From positions 4,628-68,627 of the forward strand of contig JAIXUW010000292.1 of NCBI GenBank assembly GCA_027483355.1: a stretch of 64,000 nt of DNA. The letters are read 5' to 3'. Shown in pieces: positions 43,642 through 52,249 of the stretch. The position numbers and the translations under genes were made by a program. The notes beneath the pieces were generated by a model, which worked only from the letters and a program-made list of their open reading frames with translations, had not been told where the DNA came from and did no database searches. The stretch is from Alphaproteobacteria bacterium. GTDB lineage: Bacteria; Pseudomonadota; Alphaproteobacteria; Micavibrionales; UBA2020. The first letter of the stretch is position 1; the number at the start of each line of letters is the position of its first letter.

Positions 43642-45357
43642 ATGGAGACCTATTGTGACATCGGCAATAACTATATTTTAGATGCCCAAAAACGCGAAGA
43701 ATATTTCGCCGTATGCGAAAAACTGGCCACTCTGCCCGGTTTGACCAGCTACGTCAAATGGGCCATCCCACTGTCGTATGGTTATCGCAAAATGTGCAAA
43801 GAAGTACTTGGATATTACAAATACGAAGGAGACTTGAAAACGGACCGTGATATGCACCGCGCGATTGCAATGACGTTCACTTTGGACGGCCACTTGCTCC
43901 CATTGCATACGAATCACGTGAGTGATATTTTGAGTGCGCTTAGGAGTTATAACAACAAGTTTTACAAGGAATTGTGTGCGAAGGTGCCCAGTTTGAAAAC
44001 CAAATTCGACGGCAAAGCCTTTGGCACGCTCGATACGTACATTACGGAGAAAGATGTGCTTGCTCAAGCCATGGCCGATGATGAGAATGGAAATTTGCCG
44101 CCGCCTCCGCCGCCGGGATATCATGACGGCGAAGAGACGTGGTTTGGCGGCGGCATCGAGTCCAAATTCAAGGGCTCGTTTGCACAAGTCAACTATGAAT
44201 TGAGGACAGGATTCGAGCAGGGAACTCCAATGTGGCATTTTGTGCGCAAATTCTTTATTGGGGCAACTCGCATCAAGCACATGATGAAAGACGATCACAA
44301 TAAGAGCAAGGTCTCGCAGACTCCTGGGCCAGTTGCCAAAGTTATATTGGGGCTCTCAAAAGACGAGCCTTTCAGTCCCTATGTCAAAAAAGCGTTGGCT
44401 CATGGGCAGCAAATGGAAGACATGGCGCGCCAGGGCTACGTCAAGTTGCTTGACAAGGCGAATGAGAACGAGGTATCCGCGAGCGGAAACCCGGTCCATT
44501 TTGAGGCCGTAGAATACGGAATGACCGTGGCACCTTATTTGCCCATATTCTACGCGCAATCACCCGACGGTGTCACGCTCGACGTTGAAACTCAGACACC
44601 CGTGGGGTGCCTCGAAATCAAATGTCACTGGATGAAATACAAGACCGAAGCAGGCTTGCCCAATATATACAGGGGTCAATGCTTGCAGTGCATGGTCGCG
44701 TTTTCTGACTGGGTCGTCATAGCTCCTGGAGTAAAGCTCGAACAGGGTCAACAGCCCGAATTTGATGTCCCTCACTGTGATTTTGTAAGCATGTTCTACA
44801 GACAGGACACAGATTCAAAGTACAAACAGGCGCACGATCCGGACATTGTGGAATTTACGGTTGAAAGAGTGTACAAACACCCCGGGCTCGTCAAGTCCTT
44901 TGTCCGGTTCTTAGTCACTTACGCGTTCTATGTGCAACTTTACACGGCCAAGGAATCTGTTCAGACACCGACAGCGCAAAAGGAAGTCAAGCTGTGCATG
45001 GATTTGGTCTCGGCCGAGATTGAACGGCTCTTGATAGACGTGAATTCTGAATTTGACCAAATGAAACGAGCTCATTTTTCGATTGTGAGAGGAGAGGAAA
45101 CGCTGGAAGTCAAGAATCTGAAAATGGATTTGAAAACCGAGTTCTTCCAGGGCGACGCCAAATTGTACAACAAATGGTATGGAAAACAAGCCGTGTTTCC
45201 TGATACACGTCCGAAAAAGGACGCCCAGGACGCCCAGGACGCCCAGGACGAGGCTCGAGCACCTCCGAGACAAAAGAACAATTTTGCCGGGCCCATGATT
45301 GCAAGAACGGGTGCTAGTGCCAGACCCAATCCTTATTTGCAGAAATTGGGTAAATGA
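43642..45357 (+). CDS. YqaJ / herpes-UL12 / baculovirus-AN type alkaline exonuclease (PD-(D/E)XK)
   Basis: The catalytic block is YAQSPDGVTLDVETQTPVGCLEIKCHWMKYK (Asp ... E-x-K, with the EIKC signature). The protein is 571 aa. Its C-terminus contains a 3 x GACGCCCAG (DAQ) micro-repeat at 45220-45246. AATAAA lies at 45371. Confidence 0.7.
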   Translation: METYCDIGNNYILDAQKREEYFAVCEKLATLPGLTSYVKWAIPLSYGYRKMCKEVLGYYKYEGDLKTDRDMHRAIAMTFTLDGHLLPLHTNHVSDILSALRSYNNKFYKELCAKVPSLKTKFDGKAFGTLDTYITEKDVLAQAMADDENGNLPPPPPPGYHDGEETWFGGGIESKFKGSFAQVNYELRTGFEQGTPMWHFVRKFFIGATRIKHMMKDDHNKSKVSQTPGPVAKVILGLSKDEPFSPYVKKALAHGQQMEDMARQGYVKLLDKANENEVSASGNPVHFEAVEYGMTVAPYLPIFYAQSPDGVTLDVETQTPVGCLEIKCHWMKYKTEAGLPNIYRGQCLQCMVAFSDWVVIAPGVKLEQGQQPEFDVPHCDFVSMFYRQDTDSKYKQAHDPDIVEFTVERVYKHPGLVKSFVRFLVTYAFYVQLYTAKESVQTPTAQKEVKLCMDLVSAEIERLLIDVNSEFDQMKRAHFSIVRGEETLEVKNLKMDLKTEFFQGDAKLYNKWYGKQAVFPDTRPKKDAQDAQDAQDEARAPPRQKNNFAGPMIARTGASARPNPYLQKLGK

Positions 45358-45370
45358 CGTTCTTTGTGAT

Positions 45371-45376
45371 AATAAA
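45371..45376 (+). terminator. AATAAA polyadenylation signal
   Basis: It lies 14 nt after the stop at 45357. Confidence 0.5.
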
Positions 45377-45461
45377 AAAAATACGTGAAACGTATCCCCT
45401 TTCTTTTCGCTTGTTTGTTCCCCACTTTCTGGTTCTACCGCTCCATTAGTACATCCAATAA

Positions 45462-46454
45462 ATGGAATTATCTACGACAGAAGTCGCATTATGCGACGAT
45501 GCTTTGGTGAGCATCATGGAAGCAGTAGGAAACAATGGGGACGATCCGACGTTCTGTAAATGCACTAAACTATTGTGCAAACCGAACGACTGGACACGCA
45601 AGGCAATAGGCATAAGACGGCCTATCGTGTTTGACGTTTTAACCAATCCAGGCAAGATAAAGAGGAGTTCGGCGGTTTCTTTGATATTGTCAGGACAAAC
45701 ACTCCAGGATCCGATACAGTTTGATATAACTGTTAACGGGGAACCGGCGTTCTTCAAGATTACATTTACAGACCAGAATGACCTCAGCACATCTTACGGG
45801 ATTAAAATAGTCTACGGTAGACACGACATGCCCGAACGCGCAAGAATTCGTATACTTCCGCGCGCGGGTCAGTTAGACTGGATTAGTCACATGTTATTCC
45901 ACAACGTCGGCACGGGCCGGCAGACCACGGTCGTTTTCAATTCTGTTGGGAACGTCGGTGTTGTGACATTGGCAAAGTTGTTTGCTTACACCGACGTTTC
46001 GATTGGAAAGATAAGCCACCTCGATGTGACGAATATTGATAACATGAATGGATTGTTCTACGATTGCAAGCGCTTCAACCAGCCCATCGGAAATTGGAAT
46101 GTGAGCAACGTTTGGGATATGTCGGAAATGTTCTACAACTGTGCAAATTTCAACCAGGAAATTGGAGACTGGAAAACCGACAACGTGATAGCGCTTGAAA
46201 GTATATTTCGCGGAGCAATCAAATTCAATGGACGTGTTGGCAAATGGAATTTGTGGCGTGTCAAACGTATCGAAGGAGCTTTTGCGGAAACGCTGTTTTC
46301 TCTACCGACACCAAGATTTTGCACGTGCTGTAAGAGCATTTGGTGCAAACGCGAAACAATAGTTTGCAAAAGTGATATTCTCAACTTTGTGTATCACGCC
46401 CGTCGATTGAGAGAAAATTTGTACAGACCCCTGCCGAGAATATTCAACAAGTAA
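45462..46454 (+). CDS. BspA-type leucine-rich repeat (DUF285-like) protein, paralog A
   Basis: It contains repeats of the form F..C..FNQPIGNWNVSNV.DMS.MF..C..FNQ.IG.W.T.NV. The N-terminus (DDALVSIMEAVGNNGDDPTFCKCTKLLCKPNDWTRK) is shared with paralog B. Confidence 0.7.
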   Translation: MELSTTEVALCDDALVSIMEAVGNNGDDPTFCKCTKLLCKPNDWTRKAIGIRRPIVFDVLTNPGKIKRSSAVSLILSGQTLQDPIQFDITVNGEPAFFKITFTDQNDLSTSYGIKIVYGRHDMPERARIRILPRAGQLDWISHMLFHNVGTGRQTTVVFNSVGNVGVVTLAKLFAYTDVSIGKISHLDVTNIDNMNGLFYDCKRFNQPIGNWNVSNVWDMSEMFYNCANFNQEIGDWKTDNVIALESIFRGAIKFNGRVGKWNLWRVKRIEGAFAETLFSLPTPRFCTCCKSIWCKRETIVCKSDILNFVYHARRLRENLYRPLPRIFNK

Positions 46455-46460
46455 AAAACC

Positions 46461-46534
46461 GTTTTGTGGCTCCGCGGTTTGCGTTTTGCTCTGTCAATTC
46501 TCCAAGAAATGAACCATTCTCCAATTGATACTTA
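46461..46534 (+). repeat. Copy 1 of a roughly 74-nt segmental-duplication remnant (3' flank of the LRR gene plus the first 8 codons of the AlkB-like gene)
   Basis: GTTTTGTGGCTC...GTTTTGCTCTGTCAATTC.CCAA.AAATGAACCATTCTCCAAT.GA.ACTTA is collinear with 48216-48288. In this copy ATGAACCATTCTCCAATTGATACTTAA terminates after 8 codons. Confidence 0.85.
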
Positions 46535-46595
46535 ACCCAACCCTTGCAGAAATTGGGCAAAGAGTAAAAAAATATGTTGACACGCAGAGCTTTTT

Positions 46596-47186
46596 CTATT
46601 TCTGTGTACACCATAAAGGCACATTGACTTTTCTACACACTGGACAATCTAACAATTTACTATCAGGAACTTGTCTTTCTTCCCATTCAGCGTCTTCTTG
46701 GTTCCAGGCTTCGTAATTTGGATCTCCAGCAAATCCAATCGGACCGTCAATGCCGTCTGGTGCATTGAGATACTCATTCCATCTATCGGGATACGGAAAC
46801 GGTGGTCTCGGGTCCATTGGATTAGGCGGAAGAGGACCAAGCGCTGATTGCTTGAAACACGGCAAACACCGCACATGTTTACCACACGATGGTTCGACTA
46901 CAACGCGAACGTTTTGGTCTAAATCTTCAAGACACATAGGACACTCTCCGTCAACGGATTCAATTCCGTTTCTTATTTGCAGATCGCGGCCGATGTAGAT
47001 GTTACACTGGACGCATCGTGACATATGCGCATTCAACAACCATTGCGGAAAATATGTCTCGCATAACTCGACATTAGGACACGCGATTGCGCGACATTTG
47101 TGAGGACAGTCATTGTTGGGCGAGGTGCTATATTTTCCGGTTTCGTCGTCTTGCACAAGGCAATAGCCACATCCTGGGCACTCCAT
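46596..47186 (-). CDS. Cys-rich RING-HC-type zinc-finger protein with a roughly 70-aa insertion before the last Cys pair
   Basis: CPMCLEDLDQNVRVVVEPSCGKHVRCLPC fits C-x2-C-x14-C-x2-H-x2-C-x2-C. About 70 Pro/Asp/Trp-rich residues follow before CPVCRK. Additional CxxC pairs lie at the N-terminus. Confidence 0.6.
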   Translation of the reverse strand: MECPGCGYCLVQDDETGKYSTSPNNDCPHKCRAIACPNVELCETYFPQWLLNAHMSRCVQCNIYIGRDLQIRNGIESVDGECPMCLEDLDQNVRVVVEPSCGKHVRCLPCFKQSALGPLPPNPMDPRPPFPYPDRWNEYLNAPDGIDGPIGFAGDPNYEAWNQEDAEWEERQVPDSKLLDCPVCRKVNVPLWCTQK

Positions 47187-47293
47187 TGATCAAAAAATGG
47201 TGTTTATCAACTCTCCCCTTGTCCGTTCCATTAACTCAACGTACGAGGGGTCAACGCCTTCTTTCCTATTTCATTTTATCTAGTGCCGTGTCT

Positions 47294-48232
47294 ATGATGT
47301 GCGACATTACATTACCCGACGACGTTCTCGGCTGCATTATGCAACACGTAGCCTCGTTCGCGGACGATCCACTCTTTTGCAAGTGCACTAAGCTTCTATG
47401 CAACTCAAATGAGTGGACACGTAAAACTCAAGATATTAGACGGCCCATCGTGTTCGAAATCGAACCAGCCGCAAGATATTTGGGCGAGGATGCGAGTGTG
47501 TCATTTTCAATCATTGCCGACGCCAAAGTGCGCGCAGGCGACTTGTCCGTTTCAATTAATGGCTTCAATGTGCCATTTGATGTATGGACATACTACGACG
47601 GAGAGGATAATCTTGATTCTAGCCAGACAGTTGATATCCCATACAACGATTTCAAAGAGTCGCGTTTAACAGTGACCGTAGCCGCCAACGCGGGAATCAA
47701 AATTACGCAACTGTCGAATATTTTTATAATCAGGCCAGAGGCATTTGTTTTTACGATGCGCTCATTTGGAAATGTAGGTGTGGAGAAAATACCGTTTCTA
47801 TTTTCCCTCCAACCCGGACAAAATCTGGGTCCTCTAGCTCACTTAGACGTGTCAAATATCCGCTGCATGAAGGGGTTGTTTCAGACATCAACTCATTTTA
47901 ACCAGCCCATCGGGAATTGGAACGTATCGAATGTTGTCGATATGACCTCTATGTTTGCATGGTGTACCGACTTTAATCAAGATCTAAGCCGATGGAACAC
48001 ACAAAAAGTCGAAAAATTCAACATCATGTTTGAAAATGCGACATCGTTTTCAAGATTTGAAGACGTGGATCGGTGGAGTTTTGAAAGTACAACAGACGTG
48101 ACCAATATGTTTCTAAACGTACCTATCGATTTGGAAAAATGTCCAAAATTAAGAAAGATTGCAGAAATTTTGAAGCAGTCTTTGGTTGGCAATGCCCCCA
48201 CTGCGCAGCGCGTAAGTTTTGTGGCTCAGTAG
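47294..48232 (+). CDS. BspA-type leucine-rich repeat (DUF285-like) protein, paralog B
   Basis: The first ATG at 47294 gives MMCDITLPDDVLGCIMQHVASFADDPLFCKCTKLLCNSNEWTRK. The repeats read FNQPIGNWNVSNVVDMTSMFAWCTDFNQDLSRWNT.KV. Confidence 0.7.
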   Translation: MMCDITLPDDVLGCIMQHVASFADDPLFCKCTKLLCNSNEWTRKTQDIRRPIVFEIEPAARYLGEDASVSFSIIADAKVRAGDLSVSINGFNVPFDVWTYYDGEDNLDSSQTVDIPYNDFKESRLTVTVAANAGIKITQLSNIFIIRPEAFVFTMRSFGNVGVEKIPFLFSLQPGQNLGPLAHLDVSNIRCMKGLFQTSTHFNQPIGNWNVSNVVDMTSMFAWCTDFNQDLSRWNTQKVEKFNIMFENATSFSRFEDVDRWSFESTTDVTNMFLNVPIDLEKCPKLRKIAEILKQSLVGNAPTAQRVSFVAQ

Positions 48233-48288
48233 TGTCTGTTTTGCTCTGTCAATTCCCCAAAAATGAACCATTCTCCAATCGACACTTA
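48216..48288 (+). repeat. Copy 2 of the segmental-duplication remnant; this copy is functional and contains the AlkB-like start codon
   Basis: See 46461-46534. The two copies differ by a 1-nt indel plus scattered substitutions. Confidence 0.85.
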
Positions 48289-49132
48289 CTCTCCCAATGT
48301 CTCAATGCATCCCGGTTTCTGGGACCGCGAGGAATGCGCCACCATCGAGTCCTTCTGCCTTCTCCAAGTGCCGTGGTTCCGCGTTCGTTATGTCAGCAAA
48401 AAACACAAGAATGATTGCACAACTCCGTGTTGGACCTCTTTGTATTCAAGTCTAGTGCACGGCGGCATCCCGCTACTTTTGCGCAAATTGGTGGTCGACA
48501 AAATAGAGACTGCTCTACGGCTTCCCTCTGGCTATTTCAACGTGGCTCTGATGCGATTGTATATTTCTGGCGACGATAATATCGCATATCATTCGGACGA
48601 CCGAATCTTTTTGGAGCAGAAGGAGATGGCGATTGCTGGCGCTACGTTTGGACCCGCTGAGCGGACTTTTTCAATGCATTCCGTCGACGATGCTTGGGAT
48701 ACAACTATCACGGATAATAAGAATTTGCACGAGTGGAAATTGTCGCGCGGCGATCTTTTAGTCATGCGGAAAAGGTACACCCAACTTCACTGGGTTCATG
48801 CCGTGAAACCGGATCGCGAGTGCCGCACGTGGAGAGTCAATATCAACTTGAGAAGGATTAGGACTGATAATTCAAAGTACACTATGAAAGGATTGAAGAG
48901 ATTCTACAAGTATTGTGTGCTGGGTGACCACAAAAACGTCAAAGCGCACTTGGAGTTGGAGCACGAACAGACTACGCTCGAGGACGAAGAACTATTTGGA
49001 AAGTCGAAAAAGGGAATAACCATTTGGAACGAAATGTATCACGACCAACCGGAGCGCCCGCAAAAGCCCAAAAAGAGATTGAGACAGATTTCATTGTCGG
49101 ATTTAGTGAGTTCGAAGCGAGTGTGTAAATGA
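48263..49132 (+). CDS. AlkB-like Fe(II)/2-oxoglutarate-dependent dioxygenase
   Basis: H-x-D is present in IAYHSDD, the distal His in LHWVHAV, and the 2OG-binding Arg motif in WRVNINLRR (R-x-N-x-N-x-R), in the order and spacing typical of AlkB. Confidence 0.7.
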   Translation: MNHSPIDTYSPNVSMHPGFWDREECATIESFCLLQVPWFRVRYVSKKHKNDCTTPCWTSLYSSLVHGGIPLLLRKLVVDKIETALRLPSGYFNVALMRLYISGDDNIAYHSDDRIFLEQKEMAIAGATFGPAERTFSMHSVDDAWDTTITDNKNLHEWKLSRGDLLVMRKRYTQLHWVHAVKPDRECRTWRVNINLRRIRTDNSKYTMKGLKRFYKYCVLGDHKNVKAHLELEHEQTTLEDEELFGKSKKGITIWNEMYHDQPERPQKPKKRLRQISLSDLVSSKRVCK

Positions 49133-49297
49133 ACATCAATTGAGAAAGGTTATATAAAGAAATCAAGAGCCGGACCCCCCGGGACACAAGCTGCAATGTT
49201 TCGGGTTGCGCTGCTCCAGGGTCCACCCCTCGCCAGGCAGTCAGTTTTTGTTTCAGTTCAATTTCTCACTGTTCAGTACGACATTTAAGAACCAAGA

Positions 49298-50563
49298 ATG
49301 GAACATCCTATCGACATTTGCGTATCTTCCGAGGCTTGGACCGAAGACAGCTTCGCTGCTTTGGAGAAGGCCGTCGCCGCGGCTCCCAAAGATTCCGCTC
49401 CTTGGGTCAATATGATCTTTGAACCCTTTCATGTGCAAGCATCTAAACTGCGCGAATATGTCTGCGATTGGCACTCCGAGAACGCTATCAACTTGGTGAG
49501 CCACGAACAGGACAACGAGGATTTTTGTGCTGTTCGCACCGGTTTCGGCCGCTTGCGTGATATTTCAACCAATTCAGTTCCTACCAAGCTTGTACGTCGC
49601 ATTATGCGTCTTACTTTCACTGCGACATTTAATGGTCGCATCCTACGCGATTTTGTCGCTGCGATGAAAAAAGTGGACGTTGTTGCGTTTGAGAGCGCTG
49701 CGCCCTCATTTGTTCGCGATAAACTTTCCAAAATCAAGTCTCGCGATTATTCGTTGACACACGAACGTCCTCTTAGCGAAATCTTTGAGCTCGCGCCGCT
49801 CTATTGGAACTTTGTGGATCGCATCCTTCGCGCGCGCTCAGTGAATGCTCTTTTTGCGATTGGAAATCAATATCGCGTCTGGCGTAAGAAGGTTCATTGT
49901 TTCGTCGCATTCGGCAGCATGCCGTCGTTTGCCAACTCCGTTTGGTGGGCCATTACGAATATTATGACGACGACCGGGACGATTCTGGACGAACTTCTCC
50001 ACTTTTGCGTGAACGAGTTGAATGAACAGAATGTCGAGCTAGAGCCATCGTTTTTTGCTCATTTGGAGACTGTTGCCCGCCGCTGGGGCGAAACCTACTC
50101 CAAGTTTGTATCTGATGATAGTAGCATCTACCGCGATTTTGTGTCGGCCATCTACCGATCTCGGTTCTACATCTGCTACTGCGCACGGCACTTGTGCAGT
50201 TTGCGCGGACGCGCTGCGCTCAAGGCGATCCACTCCGAATACAGCCCGGAAGAAGTCAAGTTTAACAAACTTATCTGTACCGCCTTCTCGGATATAATAC
50301 TTCCGAAGATCTTCCTGCTTCAGCGGCTGTTCTATCACATGGACGTCTACTTGTTCATCCGCTACGCCGACGAAGACACTCAGTGTTTAATCTGCCTCAA
50401 CTCACTTCCTTCCGATCGAAGATGTCGATCTGCGTGCCCTAGAGCTCTCTACTGCAAGGCTACTTCGGTTTGCAAGGACTGTGTTCCTTTGTACTTTACG
50501 TCCGATTTGACCGCGTGTCCTGTGTGCAGAACTCCGATCGCTGACCCTAAAAAGTTGCTCTGA
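49298..50563 (+). CDS. Hypothetical protein with a C-terminal C4C4 RING-like finger, paralog 1
   Basis: The C-terminus is CLICLNSLPSDRRCRSACP...CKDC...CPVC. Internal motifs shared with 50924-52249 include W.FVDRI..A.S. AATAAA lies at 50567. Confidence 0.6.
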   Translation: MEHPIDICVSSEAWTEDSFAALEKAVAAAPKDSAPWVNMIFEPFHVQASKLREYVCDWHSENAINLVSHEQDNEDFCAVRTGFGRLRDISTNSVPTKLVRRIMRLTFTATFNGRILRDFVAAMKKVDVVAFESAAPSFVRDKLSKIKSRDYSLTHERPLSEIFELAPLYWNFVDRILRARSVNALFAIGNQYRVWRKKVHCFVAFGSMPSFANSVWWAITNIMTTTGTILDELLHFCVNELNEQNVELEPSFFAHLETVARRWGETYSKFVSDDSSIYRDFVSAIYRSRFYICYCARHLCSLRGRAALKAIHSEYSPEEVKFNKLICTAFSDIILPKIFLLQRLFYHMDVYLFIRYADEDTQCLICLNSLPSDRRCRSACPRALYCKATSVCKDCVPLYFTSDLTACPVCRTPIADPKKLL

Positions 50564-50566
50564 TCA

Positions 50567-50572
50567 AATAAA
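50567..50572 (+). terminator. AATAAA polyadenylation signal
   Basis: It lies 4 nt after the stop at 50563. Confidence 0.5.
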
Positions 50573-50923
50573 GAATTTTATATCTTAGTTTGTTTGTTCA
50601 TCGTGCGGGTTTTGTGGAAAAGGACGGGCCGGAGTTTGGGGACACAAAAGCAGGGCAGCTAGGATGCTCCGCTTTCCCGAATTGGTAAAGTCGGCTAAAA
50701 CCCATCGGATCCTTGCGCCTGAATTATCGTATGCGTTTGTGTAATATAAAACATTCAAAACTGTGATCTAGGCGTCGAATCACGGCGCGCCGTGCGCGGG
50801 GTGGCGTCCAGCGAGCAAAAGTGTGGGCGGCGGCGGTTCGCTTTTTTCAGTTTAGTTCGCGCAGCGCAAGCTCTACATCTTCATCAGCGGATTCGAATTT
50901 TGATATAACCACCCGAATTCATC

Positions 50924-52249
50924 ATGGAAAGCCAGTGCCATCGTTATTTTGGAGAAAACTTTTACCCGACTCTCAGGGCCAGCGCGAAAGATAGCGATCG
51001 TTATTCTATCGACACTTGTATGTTATTGGGACCCTTGGTCGCCGATCTTCATGGCAGAGAAAGAGAAATTTATCTTCGCGGGCGAGACGCGCTTGCACTT
51101 TTTACCGCGGCGTGTGAAGCCGACCCAGTGTTCCGTGCTGTTCGACGACACTTTGAAACTTTGCATCGCCACACTCAAACCGATGAATGTCATCCGGGCA
51201 CTTGGAAATTTGCATCCGCGCTCTTGAATATTGGACTGTGTGGGTTGGAGATTCGTCGCGTCGCTACCATGTTTAAGAAGGTCACGTCGGAAGACATGCA
51301 CTCCAAGACTCCGGCTTTGTTATTGGCCAACTACCTTTTTCTCGAGAAGAATAATGCACAGGAGGCCGCCGATCGCGAAGTAGTGCATCGTGTCTCCAGC
51401 GAAAACTGGGGCTTTGTGGATCGGATTTTTAACGCCAAATCCACTGTCAAGGCCATTGATTTGATTCAGTCTTATGCCGAGTGGATTAGCGCGACGCATA
51501 TCAGACCTGCTGATCAGCTGATTGGCCCGCCTACATTTGCTCGCTCTGTTTACCAGGCTATCAAGATGACCATGTCGCGTCTTTTGGTGGAGTTGACCAG
51601 TTATCTCGAGTGGGCGGGAATGGATGCATTTCTCAACCTTGTGAAAGACGGAGAAAAGCCGGTCAATATGCTCGCATCTGCTCCTTCTTTTCATCGCGAC
51701 CTTCTCGATTTTGTGGGTGTCATTTGGAAATGGATTCAAGCAAACGACCCCATGTTGGGATGTGATCATCGAAAGGATTTGGTTGAGCCGCTCTACATGA
51801 TCTACCTCGACGCCTACACTGTCATCAGGACTTCTCATAAACTTGGATCGGATGAAATCACTCGTTCTGAGTACTCTAAAAAAATGCCTGGCGTCTTGGG
51901 CACGAAGCTCGAGCACACGGAACGTTTTGTGCGCGATGCTTTGGCAAATGCGGGATCGCCTTTTGCTATTTCCACCGGCGCGTTTGTTTATGAACTGGTG
52001 CGTTGGATTGTGACGACGCCCATGGACCATAAGGCCCACAATCACCACCATCACCATGTGGCTCCGGAAACAGTTCCGTCTTGCGTGATCTGCCTCGATT
52101 CTCTGCCTTCCGATCGGCCTCACAAGATCCTATGCCCTAGAGAAAAGAATCCATGCGCCGAAAGCGTCTGTTGCCTCGCGTGCGCGGCCGAGTTGGCGTC
52201 GAAGAGCAAGGGCAAGCACAAAAACAAGTGCCCTATATGTAAACAGTAA
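50924..52249 (+). CDS. Hypothetical protein with a C-terminal C4C4 RING-like finger, paralog 2
   Basis: The C-terminus is CVICLDSLPSDRPHKILCP...CCLAC...CPICKQ, preceded by an HNHHHHH run. An ATTAAA variant lies at 52265. Confidence 0.6.
   Translation: MESQCHRYFGENFYPTLRASAKDSDRYSIDTCMLLGPLVADLHGREREIYLRGRDALALFTAACEADPVFRAVRRHFETLHRHTQTDECHPGTWKFASALLNIGLCGLEIRRVATMFKKVTSEDMHSKTPALLLANYLFLEKNNAQEAADREVVHRVSSENWGFVDRIFNAKSTVKAIDLIQSYAEWISATHIRPADQLIGPPTFARSVYQAIKMTMSRLLVELTSYLEWAGMDAFLNLVKDGEKPVNMLASAPSFHRDLLDFVGVIWKWIQANDPMLGCDHRKDLVEPLYMIYLDAYTVIRTSHKLGSDEITRSEYSKKMPGVLGTKLEHTERFVRDALANAGSPFAISTGAFVYELVRWIVTTPMDHKAHNHHHHHVAPETVPSCVICLDSLPSDRPHKILCPREKNPCAESVCCLACAAELASKSKGKHKNKCPICKQ

Noticed and set aside
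43678-44298. A 206-aa minus-strand ORF lies inside the exonuclease gene.
   Set aside because: It is antisense to a gene with clear catalytic motifs, and its own translation has no motif and an implausible composition.
50655-50730. A tRNA-like word (GAATTGGTAAAG, resembling the D loop of the real tRNA) lies in the 50564-50923 spacer.
   Set aside because: I could not fold a cloverleaf around it. There is no T-loop (GTTCGA) and no complementary acceptor stem.
51320-52123. A 267-aa minus-strand ORF lies inside the second RING paralog.
   Set aside because: It is antisense to a gene supported by paralogy and a zinc-finger motif, and its translation is Arg/His-rich.
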